The translations under genes were made by a program, and so were the position numbers. Below the pieces are notes generated by a model. That model was not told the DNA's origin. It saw only the letters and a list, made by a program, of their open reading frames with translations, and searched no databases. 64,000 nucleotides of DNA from Candidatus Bathyarchaeota archaeon (GTDB lineage: Archaea > Thermoproteota > Bathyarchaeia > 40CM-2-53-6). Below, one piece after another: positions 20,627-31,175 of the stretch; within the stretch, counting starts at the first letter, position 1; the number at the start of each line of letters is the position of its first letter. The stretch is from the NCBI GenBank assembly GCA_963733055.1, contig CAVTBR010000001.1, forward strand, positions 1,440,001 to 1,504,000, written 5' to 3'.

Positions 20627-21148
20627 CTACGTCGTCCCTTGCCTTTTGAACCAGAACAATGTGACCAACAGGCACATTAATGCTAGAAACGTAAGTTCTG
20701 TTGGGAATCCTCCACTGACTATCCACATAACTACGTAAACGAGGATTTCTGTGATGATTAGTGCCGCGATGAATATAGTTCCTGTTGCGAAGAACGTTTT
20801 GCCGAGACGTCTACAAAACTTGGCAATCACGGGCCCGTAGATATCTTCCGATAGCCCTATCGCCATCACTACTACGTACAGAATCCAGAAGGCCAAAAGA
20901 AAATCCAGAAGACTAAGTATCGGAAATCCGAATAGCGTTGCTGTTTCTAGTTGGGCTCTTACCGCAACAAGAGCGGCTATTGCGCCAATCGCAAAAATGC
21001 CGCGCACCTCTTCGCTTCGCGACCGCACTTCGCTCCGGAGCCTCTCGACTTCGCGACTGAGATCTCGAAGCTCTTTCTCTTCTAGGGTAGCATGCCTTCT
21101 AATGCGCTGCCCGATCGAGTAGCCCCGAGCCCTAGCTGGCAAACGCAA
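20627..21148 (-). CDS. hypothetical multi-TM protein with N-terminal coiled coil
   Basis: About four hydrophobic segments; start uncertain. Confidence 0.6.
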   Translation of the reverse strand: MRLPARARGYSIGQRIRRHATLEEKELRDLSREVERLRSEVRSRSEEVRGIFAIGAIAALVAVRAQLETATLFGFPILSLLDFLLAFWILYVVVMAIGLSEDIYGPVIAKFCRRLGKTFFATGTIFIAALIITEILVYVVMWIVSGGFPTELTFLALMCLLVTLFWFKRQGTT

Positions 21149-22075
21149 CTAGCCTTGCATTTTCTTGAAAATTATAGAGATTAAGAGTAACACCACAACA
21201 ACAAAGGCTATCGTAATCAGACTAGCAGATGTTGTAATCTGCTGCCACAAGGAAGGGTTTACGGTCAAAGCTTGTGCGCTAGTCGCTGTTTTTTGGTTGG
21301 ATGATGACACCTGAAGAAAGATTGAGTAGGAGCCCGCTGTTTGCGGTACAAATGTCCAACTCACCGTTGCAGATTGACCGCGAGGGATGTCCCCAAGAAG
21401 CTGCGAAGCTTGGCCATTAGTAATCGTAACACTCGGAGGCACTTGTATGGTTGCGTTGACGTTAACGACCGGCGCGGTACCCTGGTTGTTGATAACGGCT
21501 GTGGCGGTAACAGTATCCCCAACGGTTGGGTTCGAGGTGCTAAGCATGAAGCTTGAGATCATCAGAAGCGGCTGTGCGACTACTTTCACTTGCATCGCGT
21601 TTTCGGGTTTCAGGGTCGTATCAAACACAATATCTGGCGACTGCCCGAGTCTGCCCCAAAATGGGGCTGGATCTGAAAAACTCAGCGCGAGGAGATTGAC
21701 AACGTACACTTCTCCCTCTTGGACAGATGATGGTGCATTGATCGTAAAGTTCTCGTCCCGGACATCCCCCGGACTTAATGAATTGATATGAATATGACCG
21801 CCACTGACGGTCAGCGGCGTTCCCGGTTCAACCTGCAAGTCGAAATCGTAGACTTGTTTTTGAACCGTTATTTCGATGGACAAACTGATCTGGCCTCCGG
21901 GCTGGATGGAATTTGCAGACAGATAGTAGTTGAGAGTCCAAGCTGGAGTGGTAGCCGTATTTGCTTTGGCCACAGCAACCACATATCTGCTGTTGCAGAG
22001 CATAACTAGGAGAAGACATATCGGCAGAGCCCTCAAAGTAGGGCTGCTCATCCCACTTTCATGATGTGTTTTCAA
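21149..22075 (-). CDS. CARDB/NEW3-like Ig-domain surface protein
   Basis: Signal peptide, VTATAVINNQG..LGDIPRGQSATVSW..GSYSI, C-terminal TM helix. Confidence 0.75.
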   Translation of the reverse strand: MKTHHESGMSSPTLRALPICLLLVMLCNSRYVVAVAKANTATTPAWTLNYYLSANSIQPGGQISLSIEITVQKQVYDFDLQVEPGTPLTVSGGHIHINSLSPGDVRDENFTINAPSSVQEGEVYVVNLLALSFSDPAPFWGRLGQSPDIVFDTTLKPENAMQVKVVAQPLLMISSFMLSTSNPTVGDTVTATAVINNQGTAPVVNVNATIQVPPSVTITNGQASQLLGDIPRGQSATVSWTFVPQTAGSYSIFLQVSSSNQKTATSAQALTVNPSLWQQITTSASLITIAFVVVVLLLISIIFKKMQG

Positions 22076-22166
22076 TTGGAATCACGTACATTATGATCCT
22101 AAATGTATACAACGATGTTTCGGAACTCTTTTCAGAAACAAGTTCCGGAACATTATTCCGGAAACT

Positions 22167-22586
22167 TTGACTAAGCATAGTCGTTCGGAGAAGCTAAGGA
22201 ACATTTTGGATTTATTTCGGCTAGACGAGACCGATTTCAACGATTTCAGAAGGAGAGCTCTTGACGGACGCCTAACCGAATCTGATTGGAATAGAGTGAA
22301 AGAATATCTCCCAACATACAGAGAAGAACCACTTCCCCTGAGTGATAACCTGGTGAGGGATAAGGCAAAACTCGGAAGCAAGGAGGCGAAAAAGTACATC
22401 GAGTATCTGCTTCGTCAGCAGTACTTACAACGCAATGCAGAAGAAGAGCTTGAAATAACGTCTCAAGGAATAGTCTTCCATGATCAGTTGGTTAAGCACC
22501 TTAGCACCGACGTGGCCCTAAAACTAAGGCAACTAGACGAATATCTGAGTATGAAGAATACTGGAGCGTCCGACAGCCATGACTGA
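22167..22586 (+). CDS. hypothetical protein
   Basis: 139-aa ORF overlapping the next gene. Confidence 0.5.
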   Translation: MTKHSRSEKLRNILDLFRLDETDFNDFRRRALDGRLTESDWNRVKEYLPTYREEPLPLSDNLVRDKAKLGSKEAKKYIEYLLRQQYLQRNAEEELEITSQGIVFHDQLVKHLSTDVALKLRQLDEYLSMKNTGASDSHD

Positions 22587-23376
22587 ATTCGAAACAGTGG
22601 CTAAATTGCTCAGTCAAGTAACGCGTAGCCTGAGAGTTGGCATTCTCGTTGCAGGCGCGATCGTTGGCTCATCATTGTTCGCCGTTCTGACCGACTTTAT
22701 CGATCAGATCGACATCGCACAGATCACTCTGCGAAACCCCAGATGTTGCGAATTCGTTGGAGCGGGACCTGAGCGTTATGTCTCAGCGGCTATCGTAGGT
22801 GTTGCCTTAATTGTCTTACTAATTATTGGCTACACGGTATGTTCATCCTTTCTCAAGGAAATCAGGCTACTCTTGAGAATTAACAATAGACTCACCCGCG
22901 ACATGGAAAACACGCAATATCCCGGAAAAACCTCTCGTCGACATATTTCGAGCGAAGAGATGCTATATCGATCCTATCAATCACAAGTAGTATACAAGCT
23001 CAGGGATTTCTCACTAATATTGATCTGCTCATTTCTACTCGTGGCCGTTCCTGCTCTTGTATGGGTATTCATTCCAGTCTATCAAGGCATAGTTACTGCT
23101 CAACAGCTGCAACGCTTTGGTTTGCTAGGGAGCACTGCGATTTTGGACCCGATTCTGTTCGAAGGCACGATCAGATTTTACGTGTTTCAACTGGTAAACT
23201 ACGGACTGGCCGTGTTTCTCAATACCTTGTTGGTCGTTTGGTCAATGCAGAATATTGTTAAGGCTTTTAGAATTAACAATATCGTCTCTCCAGCAGAAGA
23301 TACGAGCATTCAACCAGTCTCGGAACTCGATGCTCACTTCCGAGTGCTTCGAAGACATGCAAGGAAGACCGTCTGA
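22579..23376 (+). CDS. hypothetical 4-TM membrane protein
   Basis: Four hydrophobic segments; no family recognised. Confidence 0.65.
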   Translation: MTEFETVAKLLSQVTRSLRVGILVAGAIVGSSLFAVLTDFIDQIDIAQITLRNPRCCEFVGAGPERYVSAAIVGVALIVLLIIGYTVCSSFLKEIRLLLRINNRLTRDMENTQYPGKTSRRHISSEEMLYRSYQSQVVYKLRDFSLILICSFLLVAVPALVWVFIPVYQGIVTAQQLQRFGLLGSTAILDPILFEGTIRFYVFQLVNYGLAVFLNTLLVVWSMQNIVKAFRINNIVSPAEDTSIQPVSELDAHFRVLRRHARKTV

Positions 23377-23389
23377 AGTGTGGTATCAT

Positions 23390-23414
23390 TGGTGCGGCTG
23401 TTCAGAATCGGACC
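23390..23414 (-). other. degenerate tRNA 3'-end (att-like) motif
   Basis: Minus strand reads GG-TCCGATT-CTGAA-CAGCCGC-A-CCA (T-loop + 5 + 7 + discriminator + CCA). Confidence 0.45.
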
Positions 23415-23520
23415 ACCGTCTCCTCCTTTGAAGGTGTGTGCGCACACCAAGGGATACTAAGGATACCACATTTTCTCAGCTTCACTAGCTTAATCTATAC
23501 TGCAAGCGCTAAATCATGGC

Positions 23521-25521
23521 ATGCGACTAGAATCAATTCGGACGCAAAACTACAAATCCATAATTGATTCAGGGACAGTTGAAATCGAGTCAGATATTAC
23601 AGCCCTCGTTGGAATGACCGGATCTGGGAAGACGTCATTTTTGGAGATGACCTCCGGGCTCGCTCCCGAAAAAGTCTTCCACGAGACTGAACTCCCCAAT
23701 GGATCGGATACAAAACAAAAATTTTCGAACGGCGAGTTAAGAGCCAGCGACATTCTTCAGCTATCTGCTATTTTTAGGATCGAGACTACGGATGGAATGC
23801 TGTTGCCGGAAGAATTTCGAGGCGTAGATAAAATTGAGATTAACCGGTACTTTGATGGACACTTCGAAATCAAGACAATGAAGGGTTCCATCAAGCAAGG
23901 ATCGATAACTCTAGAGCCTTTCAACACCAGAATTAGTACTATTCTTCAAAACACCAAGAACGACTTTACCAGCGCAGCCCCCAGGGTGCCGAATCTAGCA
24001 CAACAACAGGCCACATACTTCAAAGCAATTGATGATTTCTCTCAGACCAATCTAGCGAACCTCAAGGAACTTGATCTATCGTTGCAAACGGTGAGGAATG
24101 CAATGAACGGGATACCGAAGGATGGACCTTACCAGAACGAACTTAACCAAAGATTGTCTGAATTGCAAGCCCTACGCAACGAGATCTCTACCGCACTTGA
24201 ACAAGATCCCGTAAAAAAGCTACTAGATGTTATCCCAAAACCTGCCTACAAACGAGATGTCTTCGAGCTTGCTGACAAAATGTCATTAGACGAGTTTATC
24301 AGCAAACCAGAGAGTTCGAAGACTTTCCATTGTCTCGCCATAATTAGCGGTTTGAAGCCTAGTGGGGTGCAAAGAATTCGGAACGCTCCCAAGGCAGATC
24401 AGGAGGCTTACCTCCGAGTGATATCGAAGAGCCTGAGCGACCAGTTAAACAGTTTTTGGACCCAAGAGGAATATGATTTCCAAGTCGGTATAGGCGGTGA
24501 TCAACTGACTTTAACCGTAGCCGATCGAACAACACACAAGATTACTTCTGTTCTTGACGGAAGCGACGGATTCAAATGGTTTACATCATTCTTCTTAGAA
24601 ATGTCCGCTGACCTATCACTGAAATCGACTGCCGGCATCGTGCTGCTTGATAATCCCGCCACAAGTCTACACGACGAAGGTAAGGCGGATGTTCTGCGAT
24701 TCCTTAACAGCATGGCGGAGTCGGGAAAAATTCAGATTCTATACGCTACTCATGAGCGTCCGTTGGTAGACCCTTGGAGAATAGACCGCATTAGAGTTGT
24801 CGAAAAGAAAGAAGCAGGAACGAAGGTAGAAAGAGTAAGGGGCGACTCGAGATCGGATCTACTTGAGAGAGTAAGGCGAAATATAGGTTCACCCGCCAAG
24901 TACTCTTTGTTTGGGGCCCCCCGGACCGTCGCATTCGAAGGCATTAGCGACATGGATACCATCTCAGCCTTTAATGAATACTTGGAGCAACGAGGTTTGG
25001 CGCACTTACACAAGGATCTATTTTCAATTAATTGTATAAACGGAATAGACGGTGCTCCCGATTTTTGCAGGCTGTTCAAAACTCTAGGAATCGACTTTGT
25101 GATAGTGGTAGATAGCGGTCAGAAGACGCAGGACATCAGACAAAAGGTCCCTGACGAAGATTACAGCAGGCACTTCGTAGAGATCAAAGAGGTGATCGAC
25201 AGGGATGGGGACACCGAGGATCTCCTTGATCCGAACCTATACTATAGAGCGTTCAGGATGGCTTACGAGGACATCCTTGAACAAGTTCCAGAAGTTGAAG
25301 AACTAGATACGCTCGGTAGAAACCGGAAGACAGTAAACAAATACGACGATTGGTTCAGGAATAAGGGGAAGGAATTCAACAAGACCCTGGTCTCTCGACA
25401 AATGTTCAAGCTGCTTATGATGAATTCCAATCGCGATAAATCGGAGCAGGAACTCGTCGATAAATCAGTTGAAAATGTAGTCAAACTGTTTGATATCATA
25501 ACCGGAAGATTCGCACAGTAA
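23521..25521 (+). CDS. OLD-family ABC-ATPase/TOPRIM nuclease (GajA/OLD-like)
   Basis: IRTQNYKSI, Walker A GMTGSGKTS, GSDG, LLDNP..SLH, ATH, TOPRIM FEGISD..VVDSG..TEDLL. Confidence 0.8.
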   Translation: MRLESIRTQNYKSIIDSGTVEIESDITALVGMTGSGKTSFLEMTSGLAPEKVFHETELPNGSDTKQKFSNGELRASDILQLSAIFRIETTDGMLLPEEFRGVDKIEINRYFDGHFEIKTMKGSIKQGSITLEPFNTRISTILQNTKNDFTSAAPRVPNLAQQQATYFKAIDDFSQTNLANLKELDLSLQTVRNAMNGIPKDGPYQNELNQRLSELQALRNEISTALEQDPVKKLLDVIPKPAYKRDVFELADKMSLDEFISKPESSKTFHCLAIISGLKPSGVQRIRNAPKADQEAYLRVISKSLSDQLNSFWTQEEYDFQVGIGGDQLTLTVADRTTHKITSVLDGSDGFKWFTSFFLEMSADLSLKSTAGIVLLDNPATSLHDEGKADVLRFLNSMAESGKIQILYATHERPLVDPWRIDRIRVVEKKEAGTKVERVRGDSRSDLLERVRRNIGSPAKYSLFGAPRTVAFEGISDMDTISAFNEYLEQRGLAHLHKDLFSINCINGIDGAPDFCRLFKTLGIDFVIVVDSGQKTQDIRQKVPDEDYSRHFVEIKEVIDRDGDTEDLLDPNLYYRAFRMAYEDILEQVPEVEELDTLGRNRKTVNKYDDWFRNKGKEFNKTLVSRQMFKLLMMNSNRDKSEQELVDKSVENVVKLFDIITGRFAQ

Positions 25522-25578
25522 CCTCTGTTGTCGTGAAACCTTGCGTAGCTGGGACAGGCGAAATGTATGTGACATCAA

Positions 25579-25605
25579 TGGTGCTGGCAACTGAATTTGA
25601 ACCCG
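25579..25605 (-). other. degenerate tRNA 3'-end (att-like) motif
   Basis: Minus strand reads CGGG-TTCAAAT-TCAGT-TGCCAGC-A-CCA. Confidence 0.6.
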
Positions 25606-25871
25606 ATTTCTTGCGTGGTCTTCACTTCTGCACTCGAACTGCGCCCTACGATGGTGCGCATAGTCGTCGACCTATTACCGCGGGGAGATTAACCCAGACT
25701 ATTTGGACGATTTCGGAGTCTGGGTTAAGCCCATTTTCGAATCCCGTTCAACATGCTTGAGTAGAAAAACTGTAGCTTGATTAGTCTTCTCACGAGACTA
25801 GAAACGCGATACCACGTATGATTCTTATCTATGCAGATGCATGAGAACAACTAGATCTTTGAGGACTTAAC

Positions 25872-28250
25872 ATGTCGTCCCTATGGGACTATTTACTTCA
25901 AGCAATTTTGTCGTATGTCCCGCTAACTGTTGCTCTAATCACAATCCCATTTGCATATCAATACATTCGTGAGTTGCGCGCAAGAAAATCTCTCGAACAA
26001 GAAGTGAACCGTCTTAAATCGTTGGCAGAATTCAGCGAGCCAGCATCAACTCGAACTTATGGAAAACCGGTAGTGCCCTCTGTTCCTCGGGGGCTAGCTG
26101 TCGTATGTGCAGAGGGTGAATGTGTGCTATTCGCAGGCAGTAAGTTGGGTGCACTGGCAGGTTTGCCCACCTTGCGTGACGTGCTAGCACGAATTGTTGA
26201 GAGGGAGGAAGATGCCGGAGCAGAACGAGATTGGGATACCGTCAGACTGGCGCTCCAAACGGGCGACTTGATAGCGGCTGCTGAACTTATTTCAAACAGA
26301 GTCCCACGGAGTCGCGTCCTTCAAACAGTTAGAGACTTGTACGAACAGCGTGTGGCTGGAATACCGCCTACGTACAGGTCGCTCCAGCGGATTCCGTTTG
26401 CTGCTATTCTCACGACAGCGTGGGATAATCTCCTAGAGCAGGCGTTCCTCGACCGAAAGCCGGTCGTTCTTACAACCAGCGACGCTCCAACGTTCGCTCA
26501 ACTGCTTCGCCAGAATGAATTCATTATTCTGAAGTTGTATGGGGATCTGAAGAATGTGGAGAGTTTCAGTCTTTTTTCTGACGAATTTCGGCAGGGTATT
26601 CTCCGAAAGGAGCCACGGCTCCTTGAGTTCTTGAATTCAATCTGTCGATCCAAGACAATTCTGTTCCTCGGTGCGACATTACAGGAAGTTCGAGATTTTC
26701 TTACCAATTTCACGATTGAGGGGTCTGATCGGAGGCACTTCGCACTGGTTGAAGACCAAGCCGATATTGAAATGCAAAAGAGGCGTTTTCTCTCTAGATA
26801 CAATGTTCAACTCATGAGTTACCGGCCGTCGAGAGGTTCCCCGGAAGTCTCAGAGTTCATTGAGAAACTCGCTTTCGAGGTGCAAGCGAAATTCACGGAA
26901 ACCAAACCACGTGTCAAAATGCGTCCAGCCACACTGGATGAGCTTTCTCTGGAAAACATAGGGCCGTTTGAGAAACTCCAACTCAACCTAAACAGATCGT
27001 GGAATGTAATACTAGGGAATAACGGGTGTGGCAAATCTACATTGCTGAGGGCAATTGCTCTAGGGCTCTGCGGCAACGATGATAGGGCTAGGAGTGCGGC
27101 AGTGCAGCTGTTACGTTCAGGTGCGCAACGAGGATCAATTGAACTAGTCGTTGGAGGAGCAAAGTACAGGACAGAGCTGCTGCGCGAAGGCAACGAAGTA
27201 CGTGTCCGAAGTGACCGGCTGACTCCCCTCCAAACAGGAACGTGGCTTGTTCTCGGATTTCCTGCACTTCGCGGAGTTACAATCCAGGACCCCCGAGGAC
27301 CAACGGGTGATACGCCACGGAATCCAAATGCTGATGACGTGCTTCCGCTGGTTGGGGGAGTTCTTGACACTCGTCTTGATAGCCTCAAACAGTGGCTCGT
27401 GAATGTTCTGTTGCGTTCTGAAGCAGGGGAAGGAATTAGTCGATCCCAAGCTAGGACATACGCGAAATTACGAAGCGCATTCTTTGATCTCTTGAATGAA
27501 CTTACTCCTGGCATTAAGTTGGAGTTCAGCCGGGTTGACCGAAAATCGTGGCAAGTAATGGTCGAAACCATCGACGGAACTGTGCCCATTGACCTAGTAA
27601 GTCTAGGAACGAGCGCTATTATGAGTTGGATAGGGACATGGCTCCAGCGAGTGTACGAAATTTATCCTTCATCAGAAAACCCGACCATGGAACCGGCTCT
27701 TGTAATGATCGACGAGATTGATGCACATATGCATCCAGAGTGGCAGTATCACTTAGCTCCTAAACTAAAACAACTGTTCCCCAATTTGCAGGTTGTTGCA
27801 ACTACTCATTCACCGCTGATAGTTGGAAACCTCGAATCAAACGAAGTTTTCCGTCTCAGCAGGGAACAAACAAACCACCATCTCATACTGGAGAAAATGC
27901 CAGAATCTTTCGAAGGTTGGAGAGCGGATCAGATTCTGACAGGTCCAGCCTTCGGACTAGACACCACTATAGGACAGAGGACGGTGAAGCTAATTGATGA
28001 ATATTCGAGCTTACTTGGAAAGACCAAACGGTCTCCTCAAGAGGACGATAGAGTCAGAACTCTCGAATCGAAACTTGAGAAATCAATTCCGCTGCACCCT
28101 GAAACTGAGGAGGAGAGAGATATCGTCAGGATGATGGAGCAGTGGATGCTTCAGAGACTTCAGGCGGTGCCCGAGGAAAGAAGAAGAAAAATGCTGAAGG
28201 AAATCGAAAGATACCTGCCGCAGATTGGAACCGAAAAGGGGACAGGATGA
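25872..28250 (+). CDS. N-terminal TM + SIR2-like domain + PtuA-like ABC ATPase fusion
   Basis: TM residues ~5-30. SIR2-like CVLFAG..GLPT, ILTTAWD, LKLYGD, ILFLG. ATPase LENIGPF, GNNGCGKST, IDEIDAHMHPEWQ, TTHSP. Confidence 0.85.
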   Translation: MSSLWDYLLQAILSYVPLTVALITIPFAYQYIRELRARKSLEQEVNRLKSLAEFSEPASTRTYGKPVVPSVPRGLAVVCAEGECVLFAGSKLGALAGLPTLRDVLARIVEREEDAGAERDWDTVRLALQTGDLIAAAELISNRVPRSRVLQTVRDLYEQRVAGIPPTYRSLQRIPFAAILTTAWDNLLEQAFLDRKPVVLTTSDAPTFAQLLRQNEFIILKLYGDLKNVESFSLFSDEFRQGILRKEPRLLEFLNSICRSKTILFLGATLQEVRDFLTNFTIEGSDRRHFALVEDQADIEMQKRRFLSRYNVQLMSYRPSRGSPEVSEFIEKLAFEVQAKFTETKPRVKMRPATLDELSLENIGPFEKLQLNLNRSWNVILGNNGCGKSTLLRAIALGLCGNDDRARSAAVQLLRSGAQRGSIELVVGGAKYRTELLREGNEVRVRSDRLTPLQTGTWLVLGFPALRGVTIQDPRGPTGDTPRNPNADDVLPLVGGVLDTRLDSLKQWLVNVLLRSEAGEGISRSQARTYAKLRSAFFDLLNELTPGIKLEFSRVDRKSWQVMVETIDGTVPIDLVSLGTSAIMSWIGTWLQRVYEIYPSSENPTMEPALVMIDEIDAHMHPEWQYHLAPKLKQLFPNLQVVATTHSPLIVGNLESNEVFRLSREQTNHHLILEKMPESFEGWRADQILTGPAFGLDTTIGQRTVKLIDEYSSLLGKTKRSPQEDDRVRTLESKLEKSIPLHPETEEERDIVRMMEQWMLQRLQAVPEERRRKMLKEIERYLPQIGTEKGTG

Positions 28251-29071
28251 AGCACATATCTTTTGATCCGAACGCTCTAGTAGGCGCAGAACGTGATTGG
28301 TGGAGCAAGTGGGTTGAGAAAGCCAAAACAGCTAGATCACAGATACTCAAGGAAGCCAAAGCGGGCAAGATCCTTCATTACGACAATGAGGTTTGGAGCG
28401 AGCTCAAGTCTTGGCTGCTTGACAAGGTCTTCAATGGAAAGTGCGCCTACTGCGAATCAAAGTTCTCCGGGGTTTCGAGTTTCGGGGCTGCAGATCATTA
28501 CCGCCCGAAAGGGAAAGTGACTATCAGAGTTGCGGACAAGCAGGAGACGGTCATTTACCGCGGTCGTCCTCATCCGGGCTATTACTGGCTGGCTTACGAT
28601 TGGAGGAATATTCTCCCCGCATGCCCACCTTGCAACAGCGCGAAAGGGAAAGGAAGCCAGTTCCCCATTGCTGGAAGGTATGTGTTTGACCCTGGGAAAG
28701 GGCAAGATCCTGATGCTTTGGATAGAATAGAGAAACCTTTGCTATTGCATCCATGTCGAGATGATCCAGGCGAATACATCAGATTTGGAATCAAAGGTGC
28801 GGTAGCTGCGATCGATGGAAATGCAAGAGGCGATCAATCTATCTTGGTCTACAATCTGAGCCGCGATCGGCTCAGACAGAAAAGACAGCGTGCGCAAGAG
28901 GACGCGAGGCGCGCGTTTCTGTTCGCGGTAGAAAGCGGCACTTTGAAGAAGATGCTCGAGCCATATGAGCAGGGCGTCGAAGAGTACTCAGTCGCAGCTT
29001 TGGATTTTCTTCGCAACCATGTTTTCGAGAACATCGCTCTCGCGCTGCGACCGACTGAGAAAGAAACTTGA
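28247..29071 (+). CDS. PtuB-like HNH endonuclease
   Basis: KCAYCE, DHYRPK, YYWLAYDWRNILPACPPCN..K..FP, PLLLHP..DDP; ATGA overlap with the ATPase stop. Confidence 0.85.
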   Translation: MKHISFDPNALVGAERDWWSKWVEKAKTARSQILKEAKAGKILHYDNEVWSELKSWLLDKVFNGKCAYCESKFSGVSSFGAADHYRPKGKVTIRVADKQETVIYRGRPHPGYYWLAYDWRNILPACPPCNSAKGKGSQFPIAGRYVFDPGKGQDPDALDRIEKPLLLHPCRDDPGEYIRFGIKGAVAAIDGNARGDQSILVYNLSRDRLRQKRQRAQEDARRAFLFAVESGTLKKMLEPYEQGVEEYSVAALDFLRNHVFENIALALRPTEKET

Positions 29072-29270
29072 AAAGGACACTTGGCATATCACAACACACG
29101 TTAGCAACGGGACCGACGGTCAAGGTTGCCCATTGCATACGTTTACTCTTGCTGCTTCAATGTGACCGCTTTGCGAGGCCGGTCTCATTCCGAGATGTAT
29201 CTCCGGATCCTCCTGCCGTCTCATAACATCACGTAACCACGATCTCCGAAGGAGACTAAGGTATGTGGGC

Positions 29271-29297
29271 TGGTGATGCGGGCGACGGAATTTGAAC
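29271..29297 (-). other. degenerate tRNA 3'-end (att-like) motif
   Basis: Minus strand reads G-TTCAAAT-TCCGT-CGCCCGC-A-TCACCA; 16/17 identical to the motif at 39621-39637. Confidence 0.6.
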
Positions 29298-29493
29298 AAG
29301 CCAGGTGACAGTCTCTCCGCTTAGATTTCTCTATGATTATCAGCCGGTGACATTTGAATATCGAAAATGCGCTTTAATGGACACATTGCTCATATGGACA
29401 ACTATTTTTCGTCATATACTTCAGAGTCGGAAATAGTGGGGGTTCTACGTCTTCACTGTCTCAATTGACAACCTTGCTGAGTCTTCTTGCTCC

Positions 29494-31102
29494 TTATTCT
29501 GGAGGAATTTCCTTGAAAGCCAATGACAGATCGAGGCCTCTGTGTTTATTGTAGACTTTTGCCACGTAGAAGAGTACTAGGCCGGAGAGACCAACCCCGG
29601 CTACCGTCGCCATCGAAGCAGCTGAGTTCACTCCATATGCAGAATAGGCACCATACGCGTATGCGAGGAGGCCGAGGAAGATCACTGAGAGTATGCCGGC
29701 CAATGTGATTACCGGTACCCCAGCAATTTTGCCCTTGTGAGGAGACTGATCGAACAGACTTTTCCTGCGGTAGGGGAAAGCAACGCCGCTGATGGCAACG
29801 AGAATGAACGACATAATGATCTGTCCAAACACGAAACTTAGACCCAACAAAATCCCACCCACATAAGTGTACAGCAGAAGGACGACCTCAGCTCCAACAC
29901 ACGAGACCGCAATCGCGAACAAGGGCGTGTTCGTTCTGTCATTCACCTTTGAGAGGGCCATTGGTAAAGTGCGATCAAAGGACATCGCGAGGAACCATCT
30001 TGAGATTCCAAGAATGCACAGCGGTAGTTCAGCGAACAAGTAGAGGGTTACACCAACTCCGATTATGAGCATGACCCACGGAGCGTTGCTCACCATTACG
30101 CTGGCCAAAGTATTGTAGAATGGTGGTACGGGTAAGGTGTACGAGCTAGGCGCGTTATAGTAAGCGTAGCTTACCGCGTTCACGAAATCAACCGTACCGC
30201 TTCCGAGGTAGGATACTACCGCCGCGATCATCAAGACACCCGCGATTCCTAATGCGCCCAGAAGCCCGAACATAGAGTTCTTAGAAGCGGACTTAATTTC
30301 TCCGCTAACGACCTGCTGAAGCGAAATGTATGTGAACGCATAGGCTGCAAGCGGAACGATACCTAGTGTATTTGACCAGCTAAAGCCGGGGTTCGGTTCG
30401 AAACCTGACTTGCGCACCGTGTTGATGATTGTGTGGTAATAGTCAGGGTCCTTCGTGAACGGCAGACTAAAACGCGTTGAAACGAGAAATGAACACATCA
30501 ACCGGCGTAGAGACAAATACAACAACGATGATGAGAATACTAAGCAACCCCAAAACAACACCGATCCGGAGAACCAGAAAAGACCATTTTGTTCTCCACG
30601 CTGTAAGCAAACCTGCGGCAATCAGCAGTATTGTGCCAACTCCCGCCACCCAGTTTGGATCGAGCGCAGCTGTAGCCATACTCGAGAGCACTGGCGTGTT
30701 TGTTACTGCACCCATTACTCCGAAGCTTTCCGAAAATGCGATTGTCAAGACCCAGTTAGCACCGACGCCAAGGTAAAAGATGTACCAGATCGAATTTGTC
30801 CAACCATCCACGAACCCAAGCCATGGATGAACAACTCGGCTTACGAAGACATAATCGCCTCCAGAACGAGGCATCGCAGCAGACAGCATCGCGTACACGC
30901 ATGCAAGTGGAACAGTAGCAAGAGCAGTGATGAGTGTCGCCATTCCCATGTCGCCGCCTGGGAACGACCACGCGAAAGCAGTAACGTAAAAGACGCCAAG
31001 CACAATGTTGAAGTTGACCATATTGAGGGACATCGCGTCCCAAACACTTAGGTTTCGAACGAGCCCGGTTGCTTCACGAACGAAAATTCTGGGATTAGCC
31101 AA
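29494..31102 (-). CDS. APC-family amino acid permease, 1-nt frameshift near 30470
   Basis: [32 protein letters not shown]. An extra T in a T4 run splits the ORF. Confidence 0.85.
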
Positions 31103-31175
31103 ACCGAATCTTATCGCAACAGCTCCTGATTCTCAGTATATATGGCAACTCATAGGTGACATACAACCCACGAGT

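Noticed and set aside
26819-27589. Long antisense ORFs (256 aa here; also 6690-7283 and 36619-37338)
   Set aside because: Shadows of well-supported genes on the opposite strand, with no motifs.
25521-29494. Retron associated with the PtuAB-like genes
   Set aside because: No RT gene and no convincing msr/msd inverted repeats.
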